Part shown: positions 37,772 through 47,494 of the stretch, in pieces | Numbering within the stretch: position 1 is the stretch's first letter | Layout of the letters: each line of letters starts with the position of its first letter | Virus record (IMG/VR): IMGVR_UViG_2522125086_000002 | From: an uncultured virus (IMG/VR IMGVR_UViG_2522125086_000002) | Lineage: Duplodnaviria > Heunggongvirae > Uroviricota > Caudoviricetes | Reading direction: 5' to 3' (one strand) | DNA length: 62,330 nt | Translations under genes and position numbers: made by a program | Notes under the pieces: generated by a model | Database searches by the model: none | Told to the model about the DNA's origin: nothing | Seen by the model: the letters and a program-made list of their open reading frames with translations, nothing else

Positions 37772-38007
37772 TGCAAGGTCGATCGACGTCTCCTATAAAA
37801 CTCCTCTATATAGAAATATTTTTATTTATTTTTCCCTAAAGGACTTTTTATATACAACATTGATCGACATTGCATATCCTTGATTTATAAGGGTTTGTGC
37901 ATTTTGATGGCAATGTCGTGCAATGTTGACAGTTGTTCACAAAAGCATCGTTTTGGTCTTAAACCCCACTTTTGCAAATGACCTTGCAGACATTGACAGA
38001 CCTTGCC
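37772..38007. repeat. Candidate replication origin: iteron-like GAC(C/A)TTGC repeats around an AT-rich core
   Basis: TGCAAGGTCGATCGA (37772) and TTGATCGACATTGCA (37860) form an inverted pair flanking an AT-rich tract; more copies at 37909-38007; just downstream of the primase. Confidence 0.45.
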
Positions 38008-38032
38008 ACCCGCACACGCACTTTCTGATGAA

Positions 38033-40306
38033 TCAGCTCATAAAATCATCACCGATTCTCAGTTTTAACCCCTTGTAGCAGCGCTTCCTTTTGATGGTAA
38101 TTCGCTCAAATCCCGCACGATCCAAAGCCGCATAAAAGTCAGTTGTGCTGCGGGTGTATTCGCCCATTTCGGTACAATAACCGCGGTACGTCTGATACAG
38201 TTCTGAAGAACTTTCAGTGAATGAATCGCCCACCTCGCATTTATCCTCAAGGAAGTGTCCGAACCAGTTGTTCTGCTCCCGATATGCCTCAATGGCCTGT
38301 TTGACGCATGGGGGAACGGGAACCTTGAAGTCGAGCTCGATTGCCTTCCTCGCACCCTCGATAAGCCACGCCAGGATAGCCTCCCCGGCATTTTCGAAGA
38401 GGTATTTGGCGTAGTTTTTCCTGTCTCCCTCGCCCTCAATTTTGGCGTTGAACGGGATAACGATAAGTCTTCGCCAGATACCGTCATCAGAGGCACTCAC
38501 CCTTGGCAGGTGATTGGTATAGAGCACCAGGGTGTGGCATGGACTGAAGGAGAAAGGATCCTTGTATTTCTTTTCTGCAAAGATCTTGTCAGTGGAACAG
38601 AGCTGCTTTACCACAGAGTCATTGAGCCTTGCTCCTTCCTGCATTTCTGAAGCTATAAGGAGTCGCTTTCCCTTGGCCTCGGCGAGTTCCGGTTTAATGT
38701 TCCTGTGGCACCCTGTGGTAAGGGCATCTGCTGAGATGTTGCCGCTGTAGGAACCCAGCACCATGGCTATGACGTTCCAGAAGGTGGACTTGCCGTTACG
38801 ACCGATACCGAGTGCAATAAACAGAGCTTCCACCAGTACCATGCCGATGATGGCGATACCGCAGTTAATCTGAACGTACTCAATCAGCACTCTATCCCGG
38901 CAGAAAAACAGATTCAGCGCATCGTTCCAGAGCTTTTCTCCTTTATTGCCGGGGGACACGGCGGTCATCTTGGTAATGAAGTCATCCGGTGAATGTTCTC
39001 TCGCTCCGTTAATCCCTTTACGCAGGTCGTATGTGGCTGTCGGCGTACACAGAACATAAGGATCTGAGTCCAGCTCGTTTGGTGAGATTTCCAGTTTTGG
39101 CCGAGCTTCTTTGAGTACAGCCGAGACGTTCTTGGATTCACGGCAGCGCATGGTAAAAGCCCGATAGGTGTTTGCGGCGTTTAGGGCATCAAGTGCCTCT
39201 GTCTGCTCATCGTTCATCAGACTGGCTGCTTTCTTTTTGGAAGTTGCGGTATCAAGAATTTCCTGAGCACCGCATTCATCCATGCGGACAAGAGCCTTCA
39301 TGATTTCAACATTGGCTTCTTCCAACTGACGTCTTGTGAGTTCATGAGCTACAGCTTGAGCACCGGACTCGGTTTCCTTCCAGTGGTTATCTACGTAGCG
39401 GATATAGTGAGTGGCCGGAGAGTAACGGAGTTCACAGGCAAAATATTTTGCCAGCACTTCAGCTTGACCTACATCGGAGTAGTCTTCTGGTTTGTAGCTG
39501 ACTTCGGTGTTGTAGGTATCCGGATCAACGTATCCTTCCTGTTTTTGCACTCCGATAAAGAACCGTTGAGCACTGTGCCAGATTGTCTGCAGCTCATCAT
39601 CGTGAAGTGGAGGACTGCATTTAGAGGCTTCTTCCAGAAAGCACTGATAGGCCTTGTCGGTATCACCGAATTTCTTGATGATCTTTCCGGCGTACTGGCT
39701 CATGGTGTTGTTGCGGTTTCCTTCTTGAATTACCCGGTTGCCGTACTGCCCCTGATTAAGATCCTGATCGAACGGTGCCGCATTCTGCAGAAATTCTGTA
39801 AGGTTCATAAAGCCTTTATGGAGTTCCACCTTAGGATCTGATGTGCCGTAAAAGAACCTTGCGGCGTCAAGGGCGTTGGTGTCGAAATAAGGAAATATTC
39901 CGTTCACCACGGTTTTTAGATTTGCGTAGGCGGCATGGTCGGTTATGCGTTCAATCGGAAACAGAATATGGAACCTTGGGCGTGCAGACTTGTTTTCCTT
40001 CACCCGGTTGTGGTGCTGACTGTAATGAACGAGAAAGGTGACGTTCGGAAATGCATGTGCAACATCATCCGGTGTAATCCAATCAGCAGGATTCTCTGAG
40101 TGGTCATTGTCGCAGTCCACCGGCAGACAGTCGCTGCTTATGAAATTATCCTTGCTGCGGTAGTTTCCCTTGTACTCGGCGCATACATAGTCACGGATTA
40201 CAGCCGAAAGCAGACTCTTCTCGTCGGTTACCTCGACGTGATTCGGATACAGACAGTTCCATTTGATGCCGATAACATTGGCACGGTAAAGATTGATCAT
40301 GGCCAT
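38033..40306 (-). CDS. P4-family primase/SF3 helicase (PriCT, D5_N)
   Basis: DCDNDH, PRFH, GNRNN, GIGRNGKST, TNHLP, IWRR. Confidence 0.9.
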   Translation of the reverse strand: MAMINLYRANVIGIKWNCLYPNHVEVTDEKSLLSAVIRDYVCAEYKGNYRSKDNFISSDCLPVDCDNDHSENPADWITPDDVAHAFPNVTFLVHYSQHHNRVKENKSARPRFHILFPIERITDHAAYANLKTVVNGIFPYFDTNALDAARFFYGTSDPKVELHKGFMNLTEFLQNAAPFDQDLNQGQYGNRVIQEGNRNNTMSQYAGKIIKKFGDTDKAYQCFLEEASKCSPPLHDDELQTIWHSAQRFFIGVQKQEGYVDPDTYNTEVSYKPEDYSDVGQAEVLAKYFACELRYSPATHYIRYVDNHWKETESGAQAVAHELTRRQLEEANVEIMKALVRMDECGAQEILDTATSKKKAASLMNDEQTEALDALNAANTYRAFTMRCRESKNVSAVLKEARPKLEISPNELDSDPYVLCTPTATYDLRKGINGAREHSPDDFITKMTAVSPGNKGEKLWNDALNLFFCRDRVLIEYVQINCGIAIIGMVLVEALFIALGIGRNGKSTFWNVIAMVLGSYSGNISADALTTGCHRNIKPELAEAKGKRLLIASEMQEGARLNDSVVKQLCSTDKIFAEKKYKDPFSFSPCHTLVLYTNHLPRVSASDDGIWRRLIVIPFNAKIEGEGDRKNYAKYLFENAGEAILAWLIEGARKAIELDFKVPVPPCVKQAIEAYREQNNWFGHFLEDKCEVGDSFTESSSELYQTYRGYCTEMGEYTRSTTDFYAALDRAGFERITIKRKRCYKGLKLRIGDDFMS

Positions 40307-40638
40307 CAGTCTACAATCTCCTTTGATTCTTCCTCCAGAACCTTGACCACGAACTTCAAAGCCCGGAGCATAGTCTCAAGCTCGCAGTCTCCGCCCAGAT
40401 AAAGTTCGAATTCGGCTGTGTTGCCGTTCTCGGCTCGGAATCTCTTCACGAACATGTCTGTTCCACCAAGATCTTTGATGCGAATGTAGGTGCGACCTCC
40501 GCAGCTGGCATTGCCTCCCTTAAAGCCGTTGGTGCCGACTTCAACTTCCAGTGTATTGGCGCTAGATACCTCACGGGTAAATGTAGAGAGCTTGGTTCCG
40601 TCCGGCAGAACCCTTGTCTTTTCCTTGATTGCAAACAT
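40306..40638 (-). CDS. Conserved hypothetical phage protein
   Basis: EVEVGTNGFKGG...GGDCEL; AGGAG RBS. Confidence 0.7.
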   Translation of the reverse strand: MFAIKEKTRVLPDGTKLSTFTREVSSANTLEVEVGTNGFKGGNASCGGRTYIRIKDLGGTDMFVKRFRAENGNTAEFELYLGGDCELETMLRALKFVVKVLEEESKEIVD

Positions 40639-40689
40639 AAAAATCTCCTGATAAGTGAGTTAAAACTGTGGGCTTTGTTTTGCCCCTAC

Positions 40690-40727
40690 ACTTATCTAAT
40701 GGACGAGGAAAAGGTGTTTTGACGAAA
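40690..40727 (-). promoter_or_regulatory. 38-bp conserved motif, copy 2
   Basis: ACTTATCTAATGGAC-GAGGAAAAGG-TGTTTTGACGAAA. Confidence 0.65.
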
Positions 40728-40983
40728 CGGAATGAAAAAAAGTGAAAATATTTGAATTTCTGCTCAGAAGATGAGCACTTTGAAGCAGTTAAAAAAGTCA
40801 GATTTTCCCTAATGAAATGAGATATTCGGGAAAGACATCAAATGAAAAAGTTTTAAATTTAATCGGGTTTCAAATAAATACCTGTTTAATCTCTGCTTTT
40901 GTTACTGATGAGCTTGATTTACAGAGGTATTTATTTCATCATCGTGCTAACTGTAGAAACATTCATGAAAGAGGTTAAATTTA

Positions 40984-41265
40984 ATGAATAAACAGGAACT
41001 TATTGAAATAATCGCAGAAAAGAGTCATACGACCAAGTCAGATAGCAAAAAGATGCTAGACGCTTTTATAGAAACTGTATCCGAAACATTAGCCCAAGGT
41101 GACAGTGTTCAGCTTATTGGCTTTGGTTCCTTTAAGACATCTGAAAGAAAGGCTCGTAGCGGACGAAACCCACGCACCGGAGAAACAGTCTCAATCCCAG
41201 CAAAGAGAGTACCTTCATTTACGGCTGGCAATGCGTTAAAAGAAGCAGTGCAGTCAGACAAGTAA
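40984..41265 (+). CDS. hup: HU family nucleoid-associated protein
   Basis: MNKQELI, VQLIGFGSF, GRNPRTG, PSFTAGNALKEAV. Confidence 0.95.
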   Translation: MNKQELIEIIAEKSHTTKSDSKKMLDAFIETVSETLAQGDSVQLIGFGSFKTSERKARSGRNPRTGETVSIPAKRVPSFTAGNALKEAVQSDK

Positions 41266-41404
41266 TCACATTTAATGCACATGAGAGAGTCAAGCTTTTT
41301 TTTGTGTGTGCGTGAATAAAAAAAACGTCCATTACCAGTTATTAAGGAAATGGACATTTGTATGGTAAATAAGCATTCTTACTATATTTGAATGCGATTT
41401 TTAT

Positions 41405-42466
41405 TTAACTGTTATGCAAAAAATGTAGCGGGCAATTTGAAAGGGTTATGTTCTCAGGATTAACGTTAATATTATTTTCATTTAGCAATTTTATTACTTC
41501 ATCTTTCATTTTTTCGGGCGTTTCTGGTCCTAATGTAATAGACGAAAATAAATTACCGAAATTATAACATGGCTGTTCCAATTCTAAGAGAATACTGCCG
41601 TTGATTTTTACGATATCGGGTTGATGGAGGGCTACAAGCAATCGTATTTCATATTCTTTTTTAAACGACTCATGTTTTATTGTTGCTGACCACTGACACA
41701 TTTCTTTTATTAAGTCTTTTTTTTCTTTGTTTTTATTTGACCAATATGCAAATTTTGATACGGCATCGAGCATTGAATTTCCGTTATCAAAATTGGGTAC
41801 ATATAGAATTGGTTTTATATCTACCAAATCAAAATTCTTTTGCAGCTGTGGATTGTTTCGTTCTTTAATGCTCTCAATTAAACTCATTAAACGAGACATA
41901 GGGATTTCTAAGCATATACCACATGGTTCTTTCATAGCATTCGTACCTTTTTTTACACCGTAACGTTCCCATTGAGCGGCATCATCTTTAAGTGCAGAAA
42001 AAGAAAATGAAAAAATTTTTGATGTGTAGTAGTTATATAATTTTTCGAATGCTTCTTTCTTATTTTTTTCTTTATCGTTTGATTCATTGTACATTGTTTT
42101 GTAGAATTCAAATAAAGCTCTGCCTTCTTTTTTATCATTCATATCGGTGATACGACTGAGTTTTAATGATTTTCCTGTAATAATCTTCTCTAACGTTTCG
42201 TAAGTTGTGTAATGGTACAAATTGATATTATTGTATAAAGATTGAATTATATTTTTGAATTTTTGGGTTCTTTCAAGATACAAACATTGATGAAACACGT
42301 ACAAATTGTTCAAAAAAAAGTCTTTAATTAGAGCGTTTGATTGATCTTTGAAATATTGATCTTCAAAGCTAAGTTCTTCTAGACTTTCTAGTTTTTTACA
42401 TATATCTTCGGCAAAAGAAAGAAAATCATTATTTCTCGAATCTGTCGTATTATTTTGTTCTTGCAT
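41405..42466 (-). CDS. DUF2971-family protein (AT-rich cargo)
   Basis: LYHYTT, MNDKKEG, SFS...DDAAQWERYG, KHESFKKEYEIR. Confidence 0.7.
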   Translation of the reverse strand: MQEQNNTTDSRNNDFLSFAEDICKKLESLEELSFEDQYFKDQSNALIKDFFLNNLYVFHQCLYLERTQKFKNIIQSLYNNINLYHYTTYETLEKIITGKSLKLSRITDMNDKKEGRALFEFYKTMYNESNDKEKNKKEAFEKLYNYYTSKIFSFSFSALKDDAAQWERYGVKKGTNAMKEPCGICLEIPMSRLMSLIESIKERNNPQLQKNFDLVDIKPILYVPNFDNGNSMLDAVSKFAYWSNKNKEKKDLIKEMCQWSATIKHESFKKEYEIRLLVALHQPDIVKINGSILLELEQPCYNFGNLFSSITLGPETPEKMKDEVIKLLNENNINVNPENITLSNCPLHFLHNS

Positions 42467-42557
42467 TTGTATTATCCTATCCTACTAATTTAATGCACAA
42501 TTAGTCCTGTATATGCGATCATTGTTATATGCATAATAGATGCATGTAAAGTATTTT

Positions 42558-44498
42558 TTAATCTTTTTTGTAATATGGAGATGTATAACCTGCGGCCTGC
42601 AGGATCAAACCATCAGCCCAGGGAGGTGTGCGTCCCATAAGTTCACACACGGCATCAAGGCTCATATGAGGATCAGCTTCGATGACTACTTCGTCATGTA
42701 TATGCATCACGATACTGCAGTGCCGGAGCGTCTGCATGGCATAGCAGAGAATGTCTCTGGCGATTGCCTGAACGATGTTTTCAACGAACTTGGGACCGTA
42801 GCTCTCAATACGTTCCCATTTCTTAGTAGCACCAATGCCTTCATAGGTAACACTCTTACCTCCGAACTGGTTCATGCCGATGCGGGGTTTTACGTATGCG
42901 AGTTTTCTGCCAGAAGGTAAAGTTATAAAAAGCATTCCGCTTTTGAAGGAGAAGGTAAGCCCGTGTGTTTTGGTGGTGTTCCTTTTACTTACTGCTTCCA
43001 TTACGGCACTGTCGACAGCCCACCAGAACTTTACGATATTAGGATTGGAATTACGCCATGCGGTAACGAGGGGCCGGAGTTCTTCTTCCTTAAGTCCCAT
43101 TTCGATAGCTCCCATTGCCTTTAATGCACCGACACCTCCGCCATAACCAAGGGCCAATTCCGCAATTTTTCCTTTCTGTCTCAGATGCCCATTTACTCCG
43201 TGTTTTTCCACTGGAACTTTGAACATCTGACTGGCACTGGCGCAATAGATATCACCACCTTTACGGAATACATCAGACCGCCATTTCTCCCCGGCAAGCC
43301 AGGCAATCACACGTGCTTCGATTGCAGAGAAGTCAGCCACATAAAACAGCTTTCCTTCAGGAGGTACGAAGGCTGTTCTGACAAGCTGGGACAGGGTATC
43401 CGGAACATCATCGTAGAGCATAGAGACAGATTCGTAATCACCGGAGCGCACAAGAGCTCGAGCCTCATCGAGATCAGACATGCTGTTTCTTGCCAGATTC
43501 TGAAGCTGTACGATTTTGCTTGAAAACCTCCCGGTGCGATTGGCACCATAGAACCTGAATAGACCTCTGGCTCGGTTGTCAGCACATACAGCATTCTGCA
43601 TTGCCTGGTATTTCTTGACGGCTGATTTGGCAAGCTGTTGCCTTAACGAAAGCACTTTGCAGAGCTCCGGTGGGGCGTTCTTCATGAGCTCTGCCACGGC
43701 TTTCTTGTCTAGAGATTCTGTCATGAGTCCGTTTTCGGCGAGCCATTCCTTCATCTGCTGTACCGAGTTGGGATTCTCCAAAGTGGTGAATTCCTTCATG
43801 GCCGTTATGAGTTCTTCCCGGGATCTGGCATCCATGTAGATCGCCTGACGCACCAAATCCATGTCAACCAGAACCCCGCGGTCGTTGATCTGCTGATCGA
43901 TGATGTATTCCTCCCAGATAAAGTCCGGTACTGGATACCTGGAGAGACGATGCTGTATTTCCATTTCGGTTTCCACGTCTCGGAGATTGTAGCGTTTAAA
44001 CGTTTCCCACTTGTCGGGAGCATGGTGGGGGAGATTGCGGGTTCTGCCACCGTTGCTCTGAGTCGGAGCGCATGGTTTGCAGAAGTAGCGGATGAGATCT
44101 TTGCCCTCCGAGAGCTTCTGTTTCTCAAGTCCCAGAACGGCACCGACACCTTCAAGAGACTGTGGCAGTCCCAGTGTCGCAGCCCACACCATGTCGCAAT
44201 GCCAACCATCAGGGCTGAGATAGGTACCGGGAGTAAGTCCTAGATACCTGGAGAGACAGATCCTTTCAAAGGATGCGTTAAAGCTGTGTTTGATTATCTT
44301 CTCATCGGTGAGAGCCTTTAAAATTTCATCCGGCACCTTCTCACCGCAGGCAAGATCGTAAACCTGTACCGGTTGACCATCTACGCTGCAGGCAAAGAGT
44401 AGGATTTCAAAATCAGGTGATTCAGCGTAGCGGTACACACCGCTTTTGGTAATGTCCACGCTGGAAAATGTTTCGAGATCCAAACAGATTGATTTCAT
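42558..44498 (-). CDS. Family A DNA polymerase (phage type)
   Basis: DLETFS exonuclease motif, TGRFS, DFSAIEARV, GKIAELALGYGG, HIHDE. Confidence 0.95.
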   Translation of the reverse strand: MKSICLDLETFSSVDITKSGVYRYAESPDFEILLFACSVDGQPVQVYDLACGEKVPDEILKALTDEKIIKHSFNASFERICLSRYLGLTPGTYLSPDGWHCDMVWAATLGLPQSLEGVGAVLGLEKQKLSEGKDLIRYFCKPCAPTQSNGGRTRNLPHHAPDKWETFKRYNLRDVETEMEIQHRLSRYPVPDFIWEEYIIDQQINDRGVLVDMDLVRQAIYMDARSREELITAMKEFTTLENPNSVQQMKEWLAENGLMTESLDKKAVAELMKNAPPELCKVLSLRQQLAKSAVKKYQAMQNAVCADNRARGLFRFYGANRTGRFSSKIVQLQNLARNSMSDLDEARALVRSGDYESVSMLYDDVPDTLSQLVRTAFVPPEGKLFYVADFSAIEARVIAWLAGEKWRSDVFRKGGDIYCASASQMFKVPVEKHGVNGHLRQKGKIAELALGYGGGVGALKAMGAIEMGLKEEELRPLVTAWRNSNPNIVKFWWAVDSAVMEAVSKRNTTKTHGLTFSFKSGMLFITLPSGRKLAYVKPRIGMNQFGGKSVTYEGIGATKKWERIESYGPKFVENIVQAIARDILCYAMQTLRHCSIVMHIHDEVVIEADPHMSLDAVCELMGRTPPWADGLILQAAGYTSPYYKKD

Positions 44499-44563
44499 TT
44501 CAATACCTCACAAAAAAGGGTAGCAGTCATAGCCGCCACCCTCGATAAAATAGTTAATTTTAC

Positions 44564-44695
44564 TTAGCGGAGTCGCTTCCATCTGAGCCACAGACGTGAA
44601 ATCAGATACGTCGTGAACTCAAAGACAAAGGCTGCAATAATTCCGCTGAATACACCGGAGCAGAAACCGGTGATAAAGATTTCTGAAGAGTCCAT
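44564..44695 (-). CDS. 43-aa single-pass membrane protein (not in the ORF track)
   Basis: MDSSEIFITGFCSGVFSGIIAAFVFEFTTYLISRLWLRWKRLR; begins just after the DUF2815 stop. Confidence 0.5.
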   Translation of the reverse strand: MDSSEIFITGFCSGVFSGIIAAFVFEFTTYLISRLWLRWKRLR

Positions 44696-44698
44696 GTG

Positions 44699-45250
44699 CT
44701 ATCCCAGAAAATCCTCTTCATCATCTGCAGTAGCAAAGTCGCTCTCGGCACTTGCTCTGCCGCCCAGCGGTTCACCGTCCTTAATCTTCTGCAGATTGTT
44801 AAGACCGCAGGCAATACCCTTATTGCCGTTGGCATTGAATGCATAGAAACTGATGGAGGCTCTGCCGTAACAGCCGGAGTAGACTTCAGACTTGTCGAGG
44901 ATTTCATTCCTGTTGGCATCAACCACACCGGGTGCTGTTGCAGAGTTCGCATTCACGAAGTAGGCATTGGCATAAGCCGGATCATCCGGACGTTCCAGAT
45001 CACCATCACGTAGAGGAGTTCTGAGAGTGCTCAGAGCAGGTACAGACTTGGCGTTGCCCTTAAGCTTTGACTGACCATCACGGTAGGCCTCTTCAATGGC
45101 TGCCTTGATTTTGCCCACAGTCACGGTGTCGGACTTAGGAATGATGAGAGACACACTGAACTTCGGCTTGCCGCCTTCCATAGCCTTTGGTTCCCATACA
45201 TTTGCATAAGACCATCTGGTGTTAACACCTGTAATTACTTTTGTAGCCAT
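44699..45250 (-). CDS. DUF2815 ssDNA-binding protein (T7 gp2.5-like)
   Basis: WSYANVWEP, PLRDGD, VYSGCY, GLNNLQK..DGEPLGG, acidic tail. Confidence 0.9.
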   Translation of the reverse strand: MATKVITGVNTRWSYANVWEPKAMEGGKPKFSVSLIIPKSDTVTVGKIKAAIEEAYRDGQSKLKGNAKSVPALSTLRTPLRDGDLERPDDPAYANAYFVNANSATAPGVVDANRNEILDKSEVYSGCYGRASISFYAFNANGNKGIACGLNNLQKIKDGEPLGGRASAESDFATADDEEDFLG

Positions 45251-45253
45251 AAT

Positions 45254-46381
45254 TTATTCTTCCTTAAAATCTAAAGATGCACTTGAAACTGCCGGTCTTT
45301 TATCGCTCTCCGGTACGAGCGTTGGTTTGCCTTTCGACTTGGCAATAAGTCCTGAAAGAAGCTCATCAAATCGAGCTTTCCCGAGGAGCTTCTGCATGGC
45401 GGTGATGCCTATGAGTTTCTTCTCGAACGGATCGAACCCTGCCTCGCATACAGCCTTGATTACCTTGTCCTCGCTGGTGAACTTTCTAACTGAACGTCCT
45501 TCCACAAGCTTCCATCCGTGCCATTCCTTACCGCCAATGGCCTGCTTCAGAGCATATTCCTTGATGTCATTTGCCCATGCTGTAAGTTCATCAACCTGGG
45601 AAAGGATCACTTCGATTTCAATGTCCTCAAGTAGATCTGGAAGTTTGAAATCATGCTTTGACAGCAGAAGGTTGGCCTCGGCTCTGGCACGGCAGGCGTG
45701 TTTTGCTTTACAGAATCCGCACCATTCACCGGCACAGAATTTACCTTCACCGGCAAATGCCAGACTGGCTATAGGCTTCAGTGTGTTTTCAGCCCATTGG
45801 AGGAGTTCTTCCCGGGAAATCTCCCAGGTGCTGATGTTCTCCCGGCGGGGCTGATAGATGGTCATGCTGATGGTGTCGATGTCGTAAAGAACATCGAAAA
45901 GGTCGAGAGCTCCAAGGGCGTAGCACTTCATCTGCGGATTGTTTTCAGCCTCCACAAGAACGCCCAGACCGTGTTTGTAGTCCACGATGTGCAGTGTTCC
46001 GTCAGATACGATGATGCAGTCTGCTGTACCGAAGCCCTCTGGAACCCATTGAGAAAAATCAACTCGCTGCTCAATGAGTACCTTCGGATCTGAGCAGGTT
46101 TCCTTCACTTTCTCCACGAGAGACAGCACGTGGGTGGCATAGCCGTTGGCGCAGTCATCCATTTCCTCGCTGTATCTGGTGAGGTTTGGTGTTGGATCAT
46201 CCGCTTCCATTCCTAGCGCGGTTTTCAGCTTGAACTCGCAGAGCTCATGAGCTTCAGTTCCTTCAGCAGCATACTCGCTGCCGCCGTCTCCCGGAAACTG
46301 CTCACAGAGACGGACAGAAGGCGGACACATCAGCCAGCGGTGCGATGCCGAGGCAGATAAGATTGCGTGAGAGTCAGGCAT
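45254..46381 (-). CDS. DUF2800 PD-(D/E)XK (Cas4-like) exonuclease
   Basis: HAILSAS..HRW..CP, FGTAD, DYKHG, Q..CYALG, C..C. Confidence 0.85.
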   Translation of the reverse strand: MPDSHAILSASASHRWLMCPPSVRLCEQFPGDGGSEYAAEGTEAHELCEFKLKTALGMEADDPTPNLTRYSEEMDDCANGYATHVLSLVEKVKETCSDPKVLIEQRVDFSQWVPEGFGTADCIIVSDGTLHIVDYKHGLGVLVEAENNPQMKCYALGALDLFDVLYDIDTISMTIYQPRRENISTWEISREELLQWAENTLKPIASLAFAGEGKFCAGEWCGFCKAKHACRARAEANLLLSKHDFKLPDLLEDIEIEVILSQVDELTAWANDIKEYALKQAIGGKEWHGWKLVEGRSVRKFTSEDKVIKAVCEAGFDPFEKKLIGITAMQKLLGKARFDELLSGLIAKSKGKPTLVPESDKRPAVSSASLDFKEE

Positions 46382-46721
46382 TCTTGAGTCCCTCCGCATC
46401 TTTCAGCAGTGCTGCATAGTCATTCGGATCAATGGCTGAGAGCTTGGATGCTCCGTACTTTTCCAAAAGAGACTTCACACCTTCGCGGTTACCGCTTCTG
46501 GCAATGTCAGAAAGAATTCCGCGTACATCCTCTAGGGTAGGCTCTGGTTCTGCTGTTGCATTGTTGGTAGTAACCTCGGCGGCTGATGGCTGCGACTCAT
46601 TACCGGGAACAGATTGTTCTGATGCCCCCAAGCTCTGAAGCAGAGCAGACAGTTCATTCACAGCTTCACCGATTAGTTCAGCTGCGTTCTTAAGCTTTGT
46701 AATTGTTGGTTCGATTGTCAT
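46374..46721 (-). CDS. Conserved phage protein of the replication module
   Basis: TLEDVR..L...KYGASKLSAIDP..Y..LL. Confidence 0.75.
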   Translation of the reverse strand: MTIEPTITKLKNAAELIGEAVNELSALLQSLGASEQSVPGNESQPSAAEVTTNNATAEPEPTLEDVRGILSDIARSGNREGVKSLLEKYGASKLSAIDPNDYAALLKDAEGLKNA

Positions 46722-46848
46722 AAAAAACTCCATTAGATTTAAGTGTGGCAAGTGTTTTTGCCATTCGTGCTGATACTCGTGAGATTGCGGTAAGTACCGT
46801 AATCAGTTCACGATCCCTCCGTTTTGGGGAACGATAAGCCTTTCTCAT
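46690..46848 (-). CDS. 52-aa phage protein (not in the ORF track)
   Basis: MRKAYRSPKRRDRELITVLTAISRVSARMAKTL...; AGGAGG RBS; follows motif copy 3. Confidence 0.6.
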   Translation of the reverse strand: MRKAYRSPKRRDRELITVLTAISRVSARMAKTLATLKSNGVFYDNRTNNYKA

Positions 46849-46877
46849 GTTTAACCTCCTTAAATTGGGTGGCCTAT

Positions 46878-46915
46878 ACTTATCTAATGGGCGATAAAGG
46901 TTGAATTTGACGAAA
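46878..46915 (-). promoter_or_regulatory. 38-bp conserved motif, copy 3
   Basis: ACTTATCTAATGGGC-GATAAAGGTT-GAATTTGACGAAA. Confidence 0.6.
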
Positions 46916-46999
46916 CATAACTACACAATTTTCAGAAATATGTCCGACTGCTTAAAAAACAATCGGACAGCAGGTGCGGACGCCCCTGAAGTTCAATTA

Positions 47000-47494
47000 T
47001 TAGAATACTTCCGGGAACTCTTTCTTTAGGATTTCACGGACCTTGTTCAGCCTTGAGCGGAACGTGGTACGACAAACACCTATGCGTTCGGCAATCTCGG
47101 TATCAGTCAATTCATCATCACGAAGTTTGCCTATCTTCAAGGCCTCCGGCATTAGTTCTTGCAGTCGTTTCAATAGATGATTGAGTTCATCTGCATCACA
47201 TAAAAGCTCCTCCATAAGTTCAGAACCATCCACGACAACGTCCAGAAGTTCCATTTCGTCTTCTGATGAACAGTCAGTGACAGGTTCATCAAGAGATACA
47301 GTTTCTGGAAGATTCTGATGAATGCAGTCGGCACAGACCGTATCGCACTGCCACCACTTAGCTCTAGGGCATTTGCAAAGGCCATGGGCCTGCATTCGTT
47401 TACGATGGTTGCTACAATATTTCATATACTCGGCATAAGTTTCATTTGGAACCTCAATCCATTTGTTACTTGGTTTATCAAAGATTTTTGCCAT
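47000..47494 (-). CDS. Sigma-70 region-4-like transcription factor with Cys cluster
   Basis: CKCP..WWQCD..C..C, SLD, TDTEIAERIGVCRTTFRSRL HTH. Confidence 0.75.
   Translation of the reverse strand: MAKIFDKPSNKWIEVPNETYAEYMKYCSNHRKRMQAHGLCKCPRAKWWQCDTVCADCIHQNLPETVSLDEPVTDCSSEDEMELLDVVVDGSELMEELLCDADELNHLLKRLQELMPEALKIGKLRDDELTDTEIAERIGVCRTTFRSRLNKVREILKKEFPEVF

Noticed and set aside
45254..46381. Cas4-like nuclease as a sign of CRISPR-Cas
   Set aside because: No repeat-spacer array or other cas genes seen; the context is the standard phage nuclease-SSB-PolA module
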